Assembly (NCBI GenBank): GCA_965262725.1
Contig: OZ253555.1
Span: forward strand, 2,144,001-2,208,000
Source of the DNA: Dehalococcoidia bacterium
GTDB lineage: Bacteria; Chloroflexota; Dehalococcoidia; UBA2979
Direction: 5' to 3'
Length of the DNA: 64,000 nucleotides
The notes beneath the pieces were generated by a model, which searched no databases, had not been told where the DNA came from, and worked only from the letters and a program-made list of their open reading frames with translations. Shown one piece after another: positions 1 to 9,565 of the stretch; the first letter of the stretch is position 1; every line of letters starts with the position of its first letter. Both the position numbers and the translations under genes were made by a program.

Positions 1-200
1 CGGTCGCCCGCATCGAGAGCCCTTGCAGCTGCGCCTGCTGAATCGCCTTCCAGCGGGCGAGCTGCCGGGGCGTCGGAGCAGGGAGTTGCTTGCCGTTGGT
101 CTCCGGCCTGACCGCAGCGCCGTTGCCGGCCGCAACCGAGGCTACCGCGGAGGTCACGTCCTCGCCCGAGATTGTGGCGGAACTCCGGCGTCGCAAGAAC
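1..200 (-). mobile_element. Transposase C-terminal/HTH relic, runs off the window edge
   Basis: Minus strand reads ...APTPRQLARWKAIQQAQLQGLSMRAT, resembling the C-terminal HTH tail of ISNCY-like transposases of Chloroflexota. No upstream catalytic part before the relE stop at 220. Confidence 0.4.
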
Positions 201-219
201 TACCAGCCACTCGCCAGCT

Positions 220-525
220 TTAGCGGGTGAAGCGTCCGCCCCGGCTCTTGCGCCAGTCGGGATGCAGGCCGACGTATTCGATGAAGAACATCTTTTCCTG
301 CTCGTCGACCCGGTAGATCACCCGGCGCTCTCGGTCGACGGAGAACTGATAGTAGCCGCGGTACTCGCCCCGTAGCTGCTTGAGCTTCCCTGGAACGTGA
401 GTCGAGGGGGTGCGGCTCACGTGGTCGCGCAGAAACGCCAGCACCTCATCAAGGCGGCGTTCTCCCCAGGACTCGAACTCCCTCCAGTGAGCGTCCTCGA
501 TCTCAATCGACGGTGGGACGGCCAT
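220..525 (-). CDS. RelE/ParE-superfamily toxin-like protein, no adjacent antitoxin
   Basis: 101 aa; KLKQLRGEYRGYYQFSVDRERRVIYRVDE...IEYVGLH matches the RelE/YoeB pattern. The ATG lies inside the duplicated mutL fragment. Confidence 0.7.
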   Translation of the reverse strand: MAVPPSIEIEDAHWREFESWGERRLDEVLAFLRDHVSRTPSTHVPGKLKQLRGEYRGYYQFSVDRERRVIYRVDEQEKMFFIEYVGLHPDWRKSRGGRFTR

Positions 526-590
526 GCGGGCAGCTCTGCAGCGGTGCCGCCGCCTCCAGATCCTCGAGCAGCGCGCTGCTCCTCCGGCGC
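508..590 (-). repeat. Diverged direct copy of the mutL 3' end (1885-1969)
   Basis: cgacggtgggacggccatgcgggcagctctgcagcggtgccgccgcctccagatcctcgagcagcgcgctgctcctccggcgc aligns to mutL with about 10 mismatches and a 2-bp deletion by hand count. Encodes ..LEDLEAAAPLQSCPHGRPT vs LHDLEAAESPQSCPHGRPT. Confidence 0.9.
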
Positions 591-1603
591 TACTCCGGGA
601 AACCGTCCCGGATCTCCTCTCGCGCTTCGGCCAGCGCGGGGGTGTCTCCCAGGGAGAGCCCGATACCGAGCCCCTCCGCGATCGGCTCGACCAGCTGCGC
701 CGATCTCATCGAGTCGACGACGATCTCTCGAGGAAGCGCGTCGACACGCTCCAGCAGGGCCAGAAGCGTGTCCCGCTTCTCGGTTGCCGACGGGCGTGCG
801 CCCAGGATCTCGCCGCTCAGCACGAGCCCCGAGCGCCCGTCCACGACCAGAATCATGGTCGGGTAGTAGGGTCGTTCGCCCTTCCGTTCCTGAATCGGTG
901 TGCGCATATTGAAGCTGTCCCATTCCCAGACGGCCGCGCCCCGTGTGTCCGACCGCGCCACCTGCCGAAGCCGCTCCTGGCGCGGGTAGTCCGGGACGGG
1001 CGCCGTCGGCGGGAACGGCTCCCCCGCTCCCCACTCGCTCTGCTCCGGGCCGTCCCCGAGAGGCGGGAACGAGATGAGAGCGGGCCCGGGTTCCGGCGCA
1101 GCCGCCTCGTCCCGGCTCGCACGGTGCGATGCGACCTCGATGACGGCTCTCAGTGCCAGCGTCAGGAACGCGGCCTCGTCGGCGTCCAGGTACCAGGGCA
1201 CGTAGCCCGGCATGAGCCGCCGGAACAGCGGCCAGCGGCCCCGTCCCCTGTACCGCAGTCCCAGCGTGCGAATGACGGCGAGATCCGCGGCCGCGAGGTC
1301 CTCTCGGTCGGTGAGCAGCGCCGAGGCGGCATTCAGCATGTCGAACGCCTCCTCCGGATCCGGCTCCACCGCGTCCGCCATCGTCGCCAGGTAGGTCGCG
1401 AGCCCCTCGTCGCCGAGATAGAGGGCCAGGCCGTACTCGAGCCCGGCCGCCCCCATGACGACGCCGTGGCCCGTCTGGCCTCGAGAGGGATCCTCCACCG
1501 TCACCACGTCCTCATCGTCCATGACGTGCCACGGCTCCGCGCGGCAGAAGTCCGCGAACGCCGCGTGCAGATCGCGCCACTGCCCGGTTGTGGGGTCCGT
1601 CAC
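590..1603 (-). CDS. Conserved hypothetical protein (DUF7309/DUF6930-like)
   Basis: WRDLHAAFADFCRAEPW...VVMGAAGLEYGLALYLG...RGRGRWPLFRRLMPGYVPW...RPYYP motifs. GTG start at 1603 chosen; the ORF extends to 1750. Confidence 0.65.
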   Translation of the reverse strand: MTDPTTGQWRDLHAAFADFCRAEPWHVMDDEDVVTVEDPSRGQTGHGVVMGAAGLEYGLALYLGDEGLATYLATMADAVEPDPEEAFDMLNAASALLTDREDLAAADLAVIRTLGLRYRGRGRWPLFRRLMPGYVPWYLDADEAAFLTLALRAVIEVASHRASRDEAAAPEPGPALISFPPLGDGPEQSEWGAGEPFPPTAPVPDYPRQERLRQVARSDTRGAAVWEWDSFNMRTPIQERKGERPYYPTMILVVDGRSGLVLSGEILGARPSATEKRDTLLALLERVDALPREIVVDSMRSAQLVEPIAEGLGIGLSLGDTPALAEAREEIRDGFPE

Positions 1604-1825
1604 CTCGCAACGCCCCTCTCCCCTGCCGGTCTTGGAGGCCTCGCGGGCGCTCGCCGGGAGCTGCGCGCCGTCCCTCGCCACGCCCGTGTGCGGCGCGCCG
1701 TCGCCCCAGCGTAGACGGCCCGGGCCGGTACCAGCATCACCCCGCCGCACGGGAGGGAGCGCGGGGGCGACGGCGCCCCCGGCTGCGGCCGCGAGCGGGT
1801 GGAGGAGCCCGCAGCCGTGCGCGGC

Positions 1826-3688
1826 CTACCGGCGCTGCCCGGGCCTGCGGAAGGAGCGGTCGAGGGCGTCGCGGGTGAGGTGCACGACGGTGGGGCGGCC
1901 GTGCGGGCAGCTCTGCGGCGACTCCGCGGCCTCCAGGTCGTGGAGCAGCGCCCGCTGCTCCTCCGGCGCGAGCCGGTCGCCGGCCATCACGGAGGCGCGG
2001 CAGGCGAGGGTCGCCAGGGCGCGGTCGGGGCCGGTGAGGCGCTCCTCGGCGTCGAGGGCGTCGAGGTAGTCGACGAGCGCCCGCGCCGGATCGCGGCTCC
2101 CGAGCGCCGCCGGCACGGCGCGGAGCAGCACGGCGCTCCCGTCCATCTCCGTGAGCTCGAAGCCGAGCGCCTCGAGATCGGTGGAGACCCCGGCCGCGAG
2201 CGCCGCCTGGGCCGGCGCGAGCGCGACCATGACCGGATCGAGCAGCGGCTGCCGCTCGGGCCGCCCGCGCCCCTGCGCCGCCAGCACGCGCTCGTAGAGC
2301 ACGCGCTCGTGCGCGGCATGCTGGTCGACCAGGTAGAGGCCGTCCGGTCCCTCCGCGACCAGGTAGAGCCGGTCGAACTGCCCGAGCGGCCTGAGCGCCG
2401 GGAGCCGCTCCCCGAGCGGGAGCGTCACCCGACCCGCGTAGGGCTCGCCGGAGGGGAGCGCGGTCCGGGCGGAGGCGCCCGAGGGGTCCGACCCGTGGCC
2501 GGGGAGCGGGGGCGGGAGGTGGAACGAGCGCGACGGCTGCGCGGAGGCGAGCGCCTCGCGACCGCGGCGCGCGGCGGGGGCGCGGTCCTCCTCGCTGCCG
2601 GCGGGAGGCCCCTCGAGCCAGGGGGCCTCGGGGGCGGGAGCCCCGGCGAGCGCCTCGCGCACAGCCTCGGAGACGGTGGCGTAGACGAGCTGTTCGTGGC
2701 GGAAGCGCACCTCGGCCTTGCGCGGGTGGACGTTCACGTCGACCTGCTCGGGCGGGACCTCGACGCGCACGAGCGCGACCGGGTGGCGGCCGGCGGGCAT
2801 CAGCGAGCGGTAGGATTCCTCGATGGCGTGGACGAGCGCCCGCGAGGAGATGGTGCGGCCGTTCGCGACGAGGTGCAGGTAGCGCCGGCTCCCGCGGTGA
2901 AGCGTCGGGGGGCCGACCAGGCCGCCGACCACGCAGCGCGGCTCCTCGCCGCCGGGGTCCGTCGCCGGCAGGCCGCGGTCGGCTGAGGCGGGGAGCAGCA
3001 GCTCCGCGACGGCCGCGCCGTAGACGGCCGCGACCGCGTCCAGGGGCGCGCCCGTCCCCGGCGTGTTAAGCGACTGCCGCCCGTCGACGCGGAGGCGGAA
3101 GGAGACCCCGGGCCGGGCGAGCGCGTAGTCGGTCACGACCTCGCTCACCGCGCGCGCCTCCGCACGCGGTGAGCGCAGGAAGCGCCGGCGCGCCGGGAGG
3201 CGGGCGAAGAGATCCCGCACGTCGACGGTGGTGCCGGGGGCGGAGGCGGCGCTCCCGGGAGCCTCCGCGCTCCCCGAGCGGTAGCGGGCGATGACGGCGC
3301 CCTGCTCGCCCGCGGGACGCGTCGTGAGATCGACGTCGGCGGCGGCCGCGACGGCCGCGAGCGCCTCCCCCCGGAAGCCGAGCGTCCGGACGCGGAAGAG
3401 ATCGGAGTCGGTGGCGAGCTTCGAGGTCGCGTGGCGGAGGAAGGCGCGTGCGACCTCGCCCGGCGGGATCCCGCGCCCGTCGTCGCGCACCCGCATGCGC
3501 GAGGCTCCCCCCTCCTCGATCTCGACCTCGATGACCGCGGCGCCCGCGTCGAGCGCGTTCTCTAAGAGCTCCTTCACCACCGACGCGGGGCGCTCGATGA
3601 CCTCGCCCGCGGCGATGCGCGCCGCCACCTCGGGCGGGAGCACGCGGATGGGCGGGGGCCGGTCGGGCCCGGTCGCGTCAGTGCTCAT
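1826..3688 (-). CDS. mutL: DNA mismatch repair protein MutL
   Basis: IAAGEVIERPASVVKELLENALDAGA, GFRGEAL, VDVNVHP, DQHAAHERVLYE endonuclease motif, ACR, CPHGRP. Confidence 0.97.
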   Translation of the reverse strand: MSTDATGPDRPPPIRVLPPEVAARIAAGEVIERPASVVKELLENALDAGAAVIEVEIEEGGASRMRVRDDGRGIPPGEVARAFLRHATSKLATDSDLFRVRTLGFRGEALAAVAAAADVDLTTRPAGEQGAVIARYRSGSAEAPGSAASAPGTTVDVRDLFARLPARRRFLRSPRAEARAVSEVVTDYALARPGVSFRLRVDGRQSLNTPGTGAPLDAVAAVYGAAVAELLLPASADRGLPATDPGGEEPRCVVGGLVGPPTLHRGSRRYLHLVANGRTISSRALVHAIEESYRSLMPAGRHPVALVRVEVPPEQVDVNVHPRKAEVRFRHEQLVYATVSEAVREALAGAPAPEAPWLEGPPAGSEEDRAPAARRGREALASAQPSRSFHLPPPLPGHGSDPSGASARTALPSGEPYAGRVTLPLGERLPALRPLGQFDRLYLVAEGPDGLYLVDQHAAHERVLYERVLAAQGRGRPERQPLLDPVMVALAPAQAALAAGVSTDLEALGFELTEMDGSAVLLRAVPAALGSRDPARALVDYLDALDAEERLTGPDRALATLACRASVMAGDRLAPEEQRALLHDLEAAESPQSCPHGRPTVVHLTRDALDRSFRRPGQRR

Positions 3689-3716
3689 CTTGTCCGCCCC
3701 CCCTGGTGTACCTACG

Positions 3717-5201
3717 ATGACGGCGAGCCGAGCTCCCGACCGGCGCCTGGCCTGCGGCGCATGCGGGCGGGAGCGCACGGGGGAAGGGACGGCCCGCCTG
3801 CTCACACGGATCGCGGCGGCGACGCTCAGTGTGCTGCTGGTGGCGCTGGCCGCGAGCGACGTCCCGCGTCCCCCGGACGCGGAGGTCCTCCCCCCGCTGC
3901 CAGGCGCTGACGTCCTGCTGGCGCTGCCGCGAGCCGGCATCGAGCCCCACGAGCTCGCGCGGGCGCTTGCGCGACTCGGCCACGAGACGCTCCCCGTCCC
4001 CGGGCTCGCCGGCGCCGCGCGCGTGCGCGTCCCCGCCGGCACGGACCCCGGTGAGCTCGCCCGCGAGCTGGCCGCGAGTGGCCTGGCGCGCGCGGTCGAG
4101 GAGGACGGCATCGTCCGCGTGAGCCGCACCCCCGGCGACCCGCTCTACCCGGAGCTCCAGTCCTCCTATATGGAGGTCGTGAGGGCGCCCGAGGCGTGGG
4201 AGCGGACCGGCGGCTCGCGCGAGGTCGTCATCGCCGTCATCGACACCGGCATCGACTTCGGCCACCCCGACATGGCGCAGACGCTCTGGGTGAACGAGGA
4301 GGATGACTTCGGGAACCGGCGCGACGACGACACAAACGGCTGCGTCGACGACACCTACGGCTGCTCCTTCGTCTCGCTCGCGACGGCCGACCCCTCCTGC
4401 GGGTACCAGGTCGCCTCCCCGAACTGGCTCATCGACGACGACGAGGGGCACGGGACCTTCGTCGCCTCCATCGCCGCCGCCTCGGGCGACGACGACCGGG
4501 GCATCACCGGGGTCGCCTGGGAGACGCGGCTGCTCGCGGTGAAGGTGCTCGACTGCACGGGCACCGGGCGCATCTCGGACGCGGCGGCGGGGATCCGCTA
4601 CGCGGCCCGCGCGGGCGCCGACATCATCAACGTCTCCTTCGGATCGCCGCGGGACTCGCGCCTCTTGCGCGAGGCCATAGCGGCGGCGACTCAGGCCGGG
4701 GCGCTCGTCGTCGCCTCCGCCGGGAACGAGGGGCCGGGCGACGCGACCTTCCCGGCGCGCTACGAGTCGGTGCTCTCGGTCTCGGCGAGTGGGGCGCGCG
4801 GCGAGGACGGCGCCATCGACTACCGGCTCGCGGCCTCCTTCGCCTCGACGGGTGCCGGCGTCGACCTCTTCGCGCCGGGGCTCGATGTGGCGGGCGCGGT
4901 CCCGGAGCCCCTCTGCGGCCAGGGGACCTGGCGCTGCCACGGCGCCGAGCCCTACTCCGTCGCCTCGGGCTCCTCCTACGCGGCGCCGGTCGCGGCGGGG
5001 GCCGCGGCGCTGCTGCTCGCCGAGCGGCCCTGGCTCACGCCGGCGCTCGCGCGCGGCCTCATCGTGACGAGCGCCCACCGCCGGCCCCGCCGTCCGCCGA
5101 TCCTCGACATCGCGGCGATGCTCGACGCCGAGCTCTACGGCGCCGGGGTCGCCAGCACCTCCCGCCCCGGCGGGCCCGCGGCGCGCCCGCCCGAGCCCTA
5201 G
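3717..5201 (+). CDS. Secreted S8 (subtilisin-like) serine peptidase
   Basis: Hydrophobic N-terminal segment; triad VIDTG / HGTFVA / SGSSYAAP; oxyanion ASAGN. Start approximate. Confidence 0.9.
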   Translation: MTASRAPDRRLACGACGRERTGEGTARLLTRIAAATLSVLLVALAASDVPRPPDAEVLPPLPGADVLLALPRAGIEPHELARALARLGHETLPVPGLAGAARVRVPAGTDPGELARELAASGLARAVEEDGIVRVSRTPGDPLYPELQSSYMEVVRAPEAWERTGGSREVVIAVIDTGIDFGHPDMAQTLWVNEEDDFGNRRDDDTNGCVDDTYGCSFVSLATADPSCGYQVASPNWLIDDDEGHGTFVASIAAASGDDDRGITGVAWETRLLAVKVLDCTGTGRISDAAAGIRYAARAGADIINVSFGSPRDSRLLREAIAAATQAGALVVASAGNEGPGDATFPARYESVLSVSASGARGEDGAIDYRLAASFASTGAGVDLFAPGLDVAGAVPEPLCGQGTWRCHGAEPYSVASGSSYAAPVAAGAAALLLAERPWLTPALARGLIVTSAHRRPRRPPILDIAAMLDAELYGAGVASTSRPGGPAARPPEP

Positions 5202-5245
5202 CGCCGCTCCGTGGCCGGCGTTGGCCTGGCCCCTCGTTGCCCCGC

Positions 5246-7954
5246 TCATCCCTCGCCGCCCTCGAGCCGCCGCGCGCGGGCGCGGAGCTCGTAGAGCCGC
5301 TGGAGCGCCTGAAGCGGCGAGAGGCCGTCCGGGTCGAGGGCGGCGAGCTCTTCTGCGAGCGACTGCGCGCCGGCCGCGGCGAGCGGGAGCTGGGCGGGGG
5401 CGGCGCCGTCCGCGGGCTCGGCCAACGCCCGGCGCCTCGCCTCCGCGTCGAGCTCGGCGAGGAGCTCCCTCGCGCGCGCGACGACCGGCCCGGGGAGCCC
5501 CGCGAGCTCGGCGACGTGCACGCCGTAGGCGCGGTCCGCCCCGCCGGGGACGATGCGGTGGAGGAGCACCACCTCACCGCCCTCGTCGCTGACCGCCACC
5601 GAGCGGTTCTCGACGCGGGGCAGCAGGCCCTCGAGCTCGGTCAGCTCCTGGTAGTGCGTGGCGAAGAGCGTGCGGGGCGTGCCTGAGGGCAGGTTGTGGA
5701 GGTGCTCGACGACTGAGCGCGCGATGGCGAGGCCGTCGTTGGTGGAGGTGCCCCGCCCGACCTCGTCCAGGATTACGAGCGAGCGCGCCGTAGCGTTATG
5801 TAATATGGATGCCGTCTCCAGCATCTCCACCATGAAGGTCGATCGCCCCGCTGCGAGGTCGTCCTGGGCCCCCACCCGCGAGAAGATGCGGTCCACCATC
5901 GCGATCCGCGCCCTCTTGGCCGGCACGTAGCAGCCGCACTGCGCGAGCAGCACGATCAGCGCCGTCTGCCGCAGGTAGGTCGACTTCCCGCCCATGTTGG
6001 GGCCGGTGAGGACCACGATGTCGGAGTCCTCGCCTAGGACACAGTCATTGGGGACGAAGGCGCCTGACGGGAGCTCGGCTTCGACGACCGGGTGCCTGCC
6101 GCCCTCGATCTCGATGGGGCCGGACTCGGCCAGCTCCGGCCGGACGTGGCCGAGCTCGACGGCGGCCTCGGCGAGGGTGGAGGCGACGTCGAGCCGCGCC
6201 ACCGCCTTACTCGCCCGAGCGATGCGCTCCCCCGACTCCGCGACCTGCGCGACGATCCGGGCGAGCGCCGCTCGCTCGGCGGCGAGCAGCCGCTCCCTCG
6301 CCGAGAGGATCTCGCTCTCAAGCGACGCGAGTGCCGGCGTGCGGAAGCGCTGCGAGCCGCTGAGCGCCTGCCTGCGCTCGAAGTCGTCGGGGACGCGCTC
6401 CGCCTGCGAGCGGGGGACCTCCAGGTAGTAGCCGAGCACGCGGTGGTAGCCGACGCGGAGCGAGGAGATCCCGGAGCGCTCGCGCTCCGCCTGCTCGAGC
6501 GCGGCGAGCGCCGAGCGGGCGCCCGTGGCAAGCGCGCGCAGCCGGTCCACCTCGGCGTCGACGCCGCTCCGTATCGTGGGCTGGTCGCCCGGCTCGGCCG
6601 GCGCGTCCTCCGCGATCACCGAGGTGATCGCCTCTGCGATCTCCTCACAGCCGCCGAGCGCCGCGGCGATGGCTCGGGGCGGGTCGCCGGCTTCCCCGGC
6701 CCGCTCCCGGAGGGCTGTGAGGCGCGCGAGGCCATGGGCGAGCTGGAGCAGGTGCCGCGCGCCGGCGCTGCCGGAGCGAACGCGGCCGAGCAGCCGCTCC
6801 AGGTCGGGGACGCCCCTGAGCCCCTCCCGCGCGCCGGAGCGGGCGAGCGTCGCGTTGACGAAGGCTTCCACCTCGTCGAGACGCGCCCCGGCCTCCGCGG
6901 CGCTCCGGAGCGGTCGGCCGAGGCGCTCGCGCAGGAGCCGCCCGCCCATCGCGGTGCGCGTGCGGTCGAGCGTCGCCACGAGCGAGACGTCGCGCTGTCG
7001 TCCGTCCGCGAAGAGGTCGAGGTTGTGGCGGGTCTGACGGTCGAGGTAGACGTGACCGGCACCGCGGACCGCGCGTGGAGGCCTGAGCGTGGCGAGTGCC
7101 TGGGGCCATCCCTCCTCCAGGTAGGCGAGGAGTGCGCCGGCGGCGCCCACTGACGCTTCCATGCCCTCCAGCCCGAATCCGTCGAGCTCGGAGACGCGGA
7201 AGCGCTCGGCAAGACGCTCGGCCGCCCGGCGGGGAGCGAAGTCGCGGGGCGGCCGCGGGGTGCGCGCGCAACCGGCTGGCGGGGTCGCGGCCGCAAGCGT
7301 GGCGCCACTTGCCTCCGGCTGGTCGGGGAGGAGCAGTTCGGCGGGGCGCAACCGCGCCCATTCACCGGCGAGCTCGCTGGCGGGCAGCAGCTCGAGCTCG
7401 AGCTCGCCCGTGGTCACGTCGCAGCGCGCAACGCCCCACGGCGCGCCCTCGCGTGCTGGGGACCTAGCCAGAGATGCGGGTGCCGCAGCGACGAGCCAGT
7501 TGTGGGCGATCCCCTCGACGGCCGCCCCTGTGTCGACGGTGCCTGGCGAGACGACCCGCACGACGCGGCGCTCCATGAGCCCCCGGCCGGGGGGCGAGAC
7601 TTGCTCCGCAATCGCCACTCGGTGACCGGTCGCCACGAGTTGCTCGACGTAGCGGTCGAGCTGGTGGTGCGGCACACCTGCCAGCGGAAGGCGCCCCTCC
7701 TCTCGTCCCATCGGGCGGGAAGTGAGCGCGATGCCCAGCACATCCGAGAGAACCTTCGCGTCGTCGTCGAAGCTCTCGTAGAAGTCGCCCATGCGGAACA
7801 GGAGCAGCGCTCCCGGGTGTTGAGCGCGTAAGCGTAGGTATTGCTCACGGGCCGGAGTGGACAGGATCGCGCGCCGATCACGGGGAGGACGTGCTGATGG
7901 TACGGTCGCTGACGGCTCATCGGCCAGCTTCACGGGTACCACGGCTAGAATCAC
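5246..7954 (-). CDS. mutS: DNA mismatch repair protein MutS (start uncertain; homology begins about 7864)
   Basis: FRMGDFYE, GPNMGGKST, STFMVEM, DEVGRGTST, LFATHY, YGVHVA. Confidence 0.97.
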   Translation of the reverse strand: MILAVVPVKLADEPSATVPSARPPRDRRAILSTPAREQYLRLRAQHPGALLLFRMGDFYESFDDDAKVLSDVLGIALTSRPMGREEGRLPLAGVPHHQLDRYVEQLVATGHRVAIAEQVSPPGRGLMERRVVRVVSPGTVDTGAAVEGIAHNWLVAAAPASLARSPAREGAPWGVARCDVTTGELELELLPASELAGEWARLRPAELLLPDQPEASGATLAAATPPAGCARTPRPPRDFAPRRAAERLAERFRVSELDGFGLEGMEASVGAAGALLAYLEEGWPQALATLRPPRAVRGAGHVYLDRQTRHNLDLFADGRQRDVSLVATLDRTRTAMGGRLLRERLGRPLRSAAEAGARLDEVEAFVNATLARSGAREGLRGVPDLERLLGRVRSGSAGARHLLQLAHGLARLTALRERAGEAGDPPRAIAAALGGCEEIAEAITSVIAEDAPAEPGDQPTIRSGVDAEVDRLRALATGARSALAALEQAERERSGISSLRVGYHRVLGYYLEVPRSQAERVPDDFERRQALSGSQRFRTPALASLESEILSARERLLAAERAALARIVAQVAESGERIARASKAVARLDVASTLAEAAVELGHVRPELAESGPIEIEGGRHPVVEAELPSGAFVPNDCVLGEDSDIVVLTGPNMGGKSTYLRQTALIVLLAQCGCYVPAKRARIAMVDRIFSRVGAQDDLAAGRSTFMVEMLETASILHNATARSLVILDEVGRGTSTNDGLAIARSVVEHLHNLPSGTPRTLFATHYQELTELEGLLPRVENRSVAVSDEGGEVVLLHRIVPGGADRAYGVHVAELAGLPGPVVARARELLAELDAEARRRALAEPADGAAPAQLPLAAAGAQSLAEELAALDPDGLSPLQALQRLYELRARARRLEGGEG

Positions 7955-8036
7955 CGTCGTCGTCGGCTGCTCCAGCCAGCAGTCGGCACCGCGGTCTCAG
8001 ACCGCACTCCAGGGGAAGCAGGGGCAGGGCTACCCG

Positions 8037-8220
8037 TTGACCGTGGAGATCGTCTCTTGGACCTTGCCTATCGGCCGGAGCCGTGGCGGATCCTCGGTGA
8101 GATCGAGGCTGACGTCGCGCTGCTGCGGGAGGCAACTGAACCGCCCCCCGACGTACCCGAGAGAATCGATGTCGACTCCGCCCCGTGGTCTACCGCTGGC
8201 GCGGATGCGACGCGCCTGAG
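8037..8220 (+). pseudogene. N-terminal fragment of an endonuclease/exonuclease/phosphatase-family protein, frameshifted
   Basis: LTVEIVSW/(fs)LAYRPEPWRILGEIEADVALLREA resembles the EEP start motifs (SWN ... DVALLQE); ends abruptly. Confidence 0.5.
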
Positions 8221-8284
8221 CGCCACGCAAGAGCATCACGGGGTCACTATTGAGTAGTTTTACTCAGTATCGTATCTTGGCTCC

Positions 8285-9220
8285 ATGGATCGATTCCAGC
8301 GCGAGAGTGTGGCAACCCTCGTCTCGCGGCTCGAGGAGCCGCCGAACCGGCTGATCGCGGTCTTCGGGCCTCGACAGACCGGCAAGACCACGATGGTGCA
8401 CCAGGCACTTGCCCAAACCGATCGGCCGAACCAGTACCTCGCGGTCGATGAGCCGGCGCCGTCGGCTCCCGGCATCTCTGTCGTTGCGCCCATCGAAGAC
8501 ACTGCCCCACTTGCCGAGGAGCGCGACAGCGCCTGGCTCGTTCGCACCTGGGAGCACGCCCGGCAACGGGCGCAGGAATCGCCACAGGGCTTCGTGCTCG
8601 TCTTCGATGAGATCCAGAAGATCCCGGACTGGTCCGCCACCATCAAGGGACTCTGGGATGCCGACCGCGCCCGGAGCGTGCCCCTGCACGTCGTGGTTCT
8701 CGGCTCGGCCCCGCTGCCGATGCAGTCAGGGCTGAGCGAGAGTCTGGCCGGCCGGTTCGAACCGATCCGCATCACGCACTGGGCGTTCCCCGAGATGTCC
8801 GCAGCGTTCGACGTGACCCTCGACGAGTACCTCTACTTCGGCGGCTACCCGGGCGCCGCCACCCTCATCAGGGATGAGGAGCGGTGGCGGGACTACATCC
8901 TGCACGCGCTTGTCGAGCCCCATCTCGAGCGCGACCTCCTCGCGATGACCCGAGTGGACAAGCCGGCGTTGCTCAAGAACCTGTTCGAGCTGGGGGCGGC
9001 CTATTCCGGGCAGGTTCTCTCGTACAACAAGATGCTCGGGCAGCTGCTGGACGCCGGCAACACGACGACGCTGGCCCGCTATCTCCAGCTGCTGTCGACG
9101 GCTGGTTTGCTCACGGGACTGCCGAAGCACTCAGAGAGCTCGCAGCGCCGCAGGGCGTCGAGCCCCAAGCTCAACGTCCTCAACACGGCTCTCATGACGG
9201 CCGCGTCCGGCTACTCCGTC
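8285..9220 (+). pseudogene. AAA_14/DUF4143-type ATPase, 3'-truncated (reading frame continues into unrelated sequence to 9526)
   Basis: GPRQTGKTT Walker A, VFDEIQK Walker B, LGSAPL, ESLAGRF, GGYPGA. Family-like sequence stops after ALMTAASGYS. Confidence 0.8.
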
Positions 9221-9244
9221 GGTGCCCGCGGATCCACTCGGAAT

Positions 9245-9430
9245 CGCCCCCGGGAAACTCGCCGATGGGCCACGCTCTGCGGCGTGCCAACCGGTGGCCC
9301 ATCGGCGGAGGCGCCGGCATCCAACTGGCCGGACCTAGACGAGGGCATCAGTGTCGATGGCTTGCTCGCGGGCCGTCCGTCGGCCGAGAGCCAAGAGTCC
9401 TTCCAGCGCTGGCTCGAGGCCAAGCGGGCC
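9245..9430 (+). pseudogene. DUF2442-family C-terminal fragment
   Basis: IGGGAGI/(fs)WPDLDEGISVDGLLAGRPSAESQESFQRWL matches the DUF2442 signature GIHWPDLDEDISV. Confidence 0.7.
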
Positions 9431-9565
9431 CGGCTGCCCCGTGGGGTGCGACCTCCCGCTTCAGCCAGTCGTCAGTCCCCGAGATTAGGATCAGGCTGGG
9501 CGAGGGTCAGCCCTAGCAGAGGTTGATTAGCCTCTACTGCCTAGCAAGGAGCTGTTGACTCGACG

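Noticed and set aside
4960-4990. S8 protease GSSYAAP instead of GTSMAAP as a sign of inactivity
   Set aside because: The catalytic Ser position and the Asp, His and Asn residues are retained.
8137-8150. TGAACCGCCCC resembling an IS3-family end
   Set aside because: Lies within the EEP-like coding fragment (TEPPP); no partner end or IS3 transposase.
9510-9565. gcctagcaaggagctg... and nearby hairpin resembling an integron attC start
   Set aside because: Lacks the AAC core and a matching GTT end; no integron integrase or other attC sites.
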